Assembly (NCBI GenBank): GCA_965235115.1
Contig: OZ249436.1
Location: forward strand, 23,004,001 to 23,068,000
Reading direction: 5' to 3'
Length of the DNA stretch: 64,000 bases
Origin: Laetmonice hystrix
Lineage: Eukaryota
Shown here: in pieces, positions 60,191 to 64,000 of the stretch
How positions within the stretch are numbered: the stretch's first letter is position 1
How the letters are laid out: every line of letters begins with the position of its first letter
Notes under the pieces: model-generated
What the model was told of the DNA's origin: nothing
The model's input: the letters and a program-made list of their open reading frames with translations, nothing else
Database searches by the model: none
Translations under genes and position numbers: made by a program

Positions 60191-60897
60191 GATGCTTTGG
60201 TGGGTATGGGTGACACTCTCTGAATGTTGACTTTGGCAACCAGAAGTAAAATTCCTTTGTATAGTGAGTTTCCCATCAGGCCCCTACAGGTTATGATCCA
60301 CTATTTATTTTCTTCTATAATTTAATGTAATGTTTTGGCCATTTTCAATGTTTAAAATAATTTCTGCGAATGTCTGCTTGGCATGGCAGGTTAGATATGC
60401 ATGTTTCCGACAATAAAAACTCAATTTACGTATAGGTTGAATGATTAGATTTTATTTTATCGGAGCTTCTGTTACATGACCCCAGGTGGCACCACCAAAT
60501 CGACCAGAATACAGGCCTGTGATACATAACATATTGGCTAAGATTTTCCAAGGAAAGTTAAGCAGATATTCTCTAATAATACACTGATATTATTGATCAT
60601 ATAGTGAACTTTTTCTCTGTGGTATTTGATGAGCACATTCAGGGGGGTTATATCCATTCTTGGCCCTAGATACATTCACTCCATACCATTTTGAGGGACA
60701 ACCAGCAGCCCATTGGCTAAATAGGGGGTCATGACCTAAATGTTCAGGATGGAATGGAGGGGGGATGAGCTTCACAAGTTTGTTATTATGTAGTTAATTT
60801 TTAAGATTTGTTCAACAGAGTTGCTGTGGAGGAGTTTGATGGTTAGCCGTCTGTAGTTGTGTAGGGTGTAACTGTTATCTGTATGATCTTTGTACAG

Positions 60898-61021
60898 CAA
60901 ACCATTGCGATACATCCCAGAAAAAAAACGTCCGTCAGTGAGACTTGAAGGAACCAAAGTGGCTGGCAGGGCAAACATCGTCGACTCATTCCTGAAGGAG
61001 TGCTTGGACGAGGCCGGAAAG
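60898..61021 (+). CDS. LAS2: LAS2/C18orf54-like host gene, coding exon 5 (gene continues beyond this exon)
   Basis: CTTTGTACAG| acceptor (phase 2) completes VTF|KP (recalled LAS2 VTFKSP); IVDSFLKECL; donor AAG|GTAAAG. Confidence 0.65.
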
Positions 61022-61631
61022 GTAAAGATCTTTTTTGTACTTGTCATTAAATTGGTTGATTTATCTCTAACTTTTTAAAGGGATGGAAAACACACACAAA
61101 CGAAAATTCACGTAAAGTAGGTAAAATGTCAAATTCGTACTTAAGGAACGTTTATGAAACAGGCCCCTGCTGTGTGTTTCGCTCTGTCTACGCCTTATTC
61201 ACCAAAGGCAGTGAGTTAAAGGCGGAGCCACGGTATAAAAGCGGATTGGGGGCACATGTTCACACCCCTGCCATCCTTACTGCTGTGCACAGCTCTCAGG
61301 AGTTATAATTGCTAATATCTTTGTCCCATCTTCTAATCTAAAGACGAAATTTATAAATTATATGAATACATGTGTCATGTAATGGAGTGGAGGATCCACG
61401 CCCACTAGCTCCTCCCTTCTCCTTATCTCACCCTGGGTCACGACCTGACCAAGATTACGGTGGGGATCCACCGAAGATTCGCTGTTTCTGATTTTAAAAA
61501 GGGGAAAATATTCTATTACCATGCTGACTTTTGTGTGGGCTGTCTATAGAAAATGCATGTTACTGTTAATTTGAGTGCACTTAACACTAATCTGGGGGCC
61601 ACCAGGGTAAACCCAAGGCTTTGCAAAGGTA

Positions 61632-61996
61632 CTGGCGGATCTGGGGGGGGGAGTGTCACATAGTGTCCGGACCCCCCCCCCTCCTAAAATATCATGGCGC
61701 CCCTCCTGCAGATCATGGCGCCCCACGGCATTGTAGGCCTACATAAGACTTTTGACATTGGACATTGAATAGCTTATTTTATGCTCCAAAATGCATCAGA
61801 TTTCACCAAATTACACCTTGAATTTCAAAATTTTCACGGGTGTGGACATGCACCCGGACCCCTTAAGCAAGGATTCGCGCCTTCGGCCCTTGCAGACTTC
61901 GCACGCTTATACAGTCGCACCTGTGGCGCCCATAATAACGTTGGACCCCCCCCCCACCCCCCCCCCCGTTACTTGAAAAAGCTGGATCCGCCCCTG
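61632..61996. mobile_element. Short GC-rich TIR element (GGCGGATC...GGATCCGCC family)
   Basis: CTGGCGGATCT...GGATCCGCCCCTG flanked by AAAGGTA on both sides; similar poly-G/C fragments occur throughout the window. Confidence 0.5.
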
Positions 61997-62589
61997 AAAG
62001 GTATTATTTCCCATAAACCTAGGCTTATAAGAAAAAAGTAACCACAGTGACATATAGATATCTTAACATTTTTTAAATCAAAAATACCTGTTCTTTGTAT
62101 TGAAATGCATTATATTGATATGTATGGGTTTGGGTTGGATACATTGGTTACCATGGCGAGATATGGTGGGAGATTTGATAGGTGCCACACATATGACCTT
62201 ATACTTATACTTTGCCAAAAAGTGGCCCAAGACCCGTCCAGTTGCCCTTAACAACCCCTGACTAAGCAATCTCTTGCTAGGTTATCTTATAGTTATAGCA
62301 TCTGAATCAGGTCGCTGACAGTCAGGATTTAATGTATATGACACAAAAAAACACTGACAAAGGCAAGCTTCATCTCTAACTGTGTCAGGGGTCTGATGGG
62401 GGATGCAGAAATTTTTATTCCGGTCTGAAAACAGGTTTGGGTACAAAGGGTGCTGCCCCAACAGAGTACGTAGCGCTGAACTGGCCTGTGGTCAGCGGCC
62501 TGGTTAGATTGATTACCCCTGATAACGTACATCTCTCAGATGCTGCTGGCAGGGAGAGCTGGACCTCCGTTCATTCTACATCACTAGGA

Positions 62590-63360
62590 CAAATGACATC
62601 AGCCTATGTCAGAAATCTTGGTGTCAATCGAAAGAGTATGGATGATTTCCTATTCGTATTCAATAGTAACTATGGCTCTATCTTGCATGCTTCATGAGTT
62701 ATAAGCCTTAGACGATACAAATGACCTCATTATGACGTATGGCATCATGCTGTGTCATAAATCTGGGTGTCAATTGAAAGAGCACGTATGACTTCCTATC
62801 CATGTTCAATAGTAATTATTATGTCTCTTTCTTGCACACTTTATGACTTATAAGCCTTCGAAGATGCCAGTGACATCATTATGACGTATGACGTCACACT
62901 ATGTCAGAAATCTCGGTGTCAATTGAGAGAGCATGTATGACTTCCTGTTTATGTTAAATAGTAACCATGGCTCTACCCTGCACTGTTTATGACATATAAG
63001 CCCGAGAAGTTTCGAATGACGTCATGATATATGACATCATGCTATGCCATACATCTTGTTGTCAATTGAAAGATTATGTATGACTTCCTATCTATGTTCA
63101 ATAGTAATTATGGTTCCATCTTGTACGGTTTACAACTTATAAGCCTTAGAAGATGCCAGTGACGTCATTATGACATCATATGGAACTCTACATCATAAAT
63201 TTTGGTGTCAAATGAAACAGCATGGATGACTACCTATTAGTGTTTAAAAGTAGTAACTATGTCTTTAAGTTCGACCATTTACATGCTTATTACGTCATAG
63301 TCACGTGACCTAAAATATAATGGTGTCAAATGAAAGAGCATGTCTTCCTATTAGTGTTTA
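62590..63360. repeat. Satellite-like array of ~146-bp units
   Basis: The anchor GGTGTCAA(A/T)TGAAAG recurs at 62620, 62766, 62915, 63058, 63204 and 63322. Confidence 0.8.
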
Positions 63361-64000
63361 ATGTGGGTCCGGGCGTTCCTGTGGTTGGAACATGGGAGCT
63401 GGGTTGGGTTGTGGGACCGGTTGCTGAGGGACTTGGGTCCAAGGCAGCTTTTCTGCGATTAGGAATGAACCGATGAATTTCCTTGGCTGTTCAAGTCAAT
63501 GCCAGGTCAACGATTTTGTCAACAACCAGCCATAAGCTTCATATCGACAACAGGCAACGTGTATAACTTCTCCCATTGTTTTGACCCTCTGTTTAGGGAA
63601 CACCACAGCCCGAGCCTGCAGTGTGTGCAACCTGCGGCATGCTTGGCTATCATCATGATAATAACATGCTATGAAAAAAGTTGTATATACATTATGTATA
63701 TTCAATTTATTTTGTTGCAAAAGTTGAAAAAGTGTGTTTTCAAAGTTACTGTATAAAATGTTTGACATTTGAAAATGTGCTAAAGTCTTTTAATTTTCAT
63801 TAGTGAACTTTGAGGTGTCGTACAGGGGCCCCTCTGATAAGGAAACACCTCCATATAGTGAACATTTTTTTTCTCAATCCCCAAAGTGTTCACTATAATC
63901 CGGAAGTTTTACTTTTAATTCAATTGAGAGATGTCCTTTGATTGTTTTAACTATGGGGTCCTATGGAAGCGCTGGAACATTTATTATAAATTACGCTAGG

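Larger units (their letters stand above)
57739..60736 (+). mobile_element. KolobokP-type composite DNA transposon (internally deleted)
   Basis: Identical 448-bp direct repeats (57739-58186, 60289-60736), each bounded by GGTTATGATCC/GGGTCATGACC; TAAA TSD outside, TACA at both inner junctions; convergent transposase and His-Me nuclease remnants. Confidence 0.88.

Noticed and set aside
57739..60736. LTR retrotransposon/TRIM interpretation of the 448-bp direct repeats
   Set aside because: Ends are GG...CC, not TG...CA; no PBS or PPT; internal remnants are a DDE transposase and a His-Me nuclease.
62437..62697. Next exon of the LAS2-like gene
   Set aside because: The nearby acceptor gives the wrong phase for this frame, the expected C-terminal motif is absent, and the ORF runs into the satellite array.

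Overview
This is repeat-rich animal (metazoan, probably marine invertebrate) genomic DNA, not prokaryotic, and most short ORFs in the supplied track are spurious. Main contents: (1) An intact, very young Ty3/Gypsy LTR retrotransposon (13504-23237; identical 304-bp LTRs, CTAT TSD, gag/pol joined by a T_TTA_AAC -1 frameshift). Its Pol carries an in-frame NADAR (YbiA-like ADP-ribosyl/N-glycosidase) domain between protease and RT, the most unusual item in the window. (2) A plus-strand host gene resembling LAS2/C18orf54, reconstructed from five phase-compatible coding exons (31550-61021, continuing past the window). (3) Inside its introns: an apparently intact, intron-containing AcademX DNA transposon with ~0.9-kb TIRs (35465-44373), a KolobokP-type composite element with 448-bp direct terminal repeats and a His-Me finger nuclease remnant (57739-60736), DIRS, Penelope and RTE-X-like remnants, and nested MITEs. 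(4) A minisatellite apparently derived from the first coding exon's splice-acceptor/start region. (5) A signal-peptide first exon of a minus-strand gene (9199-9277), many MITEs with readable TSDs, and ~146-bp satellite-like arrays. Family assignments come from motif recognition by eye; no database searches were run.
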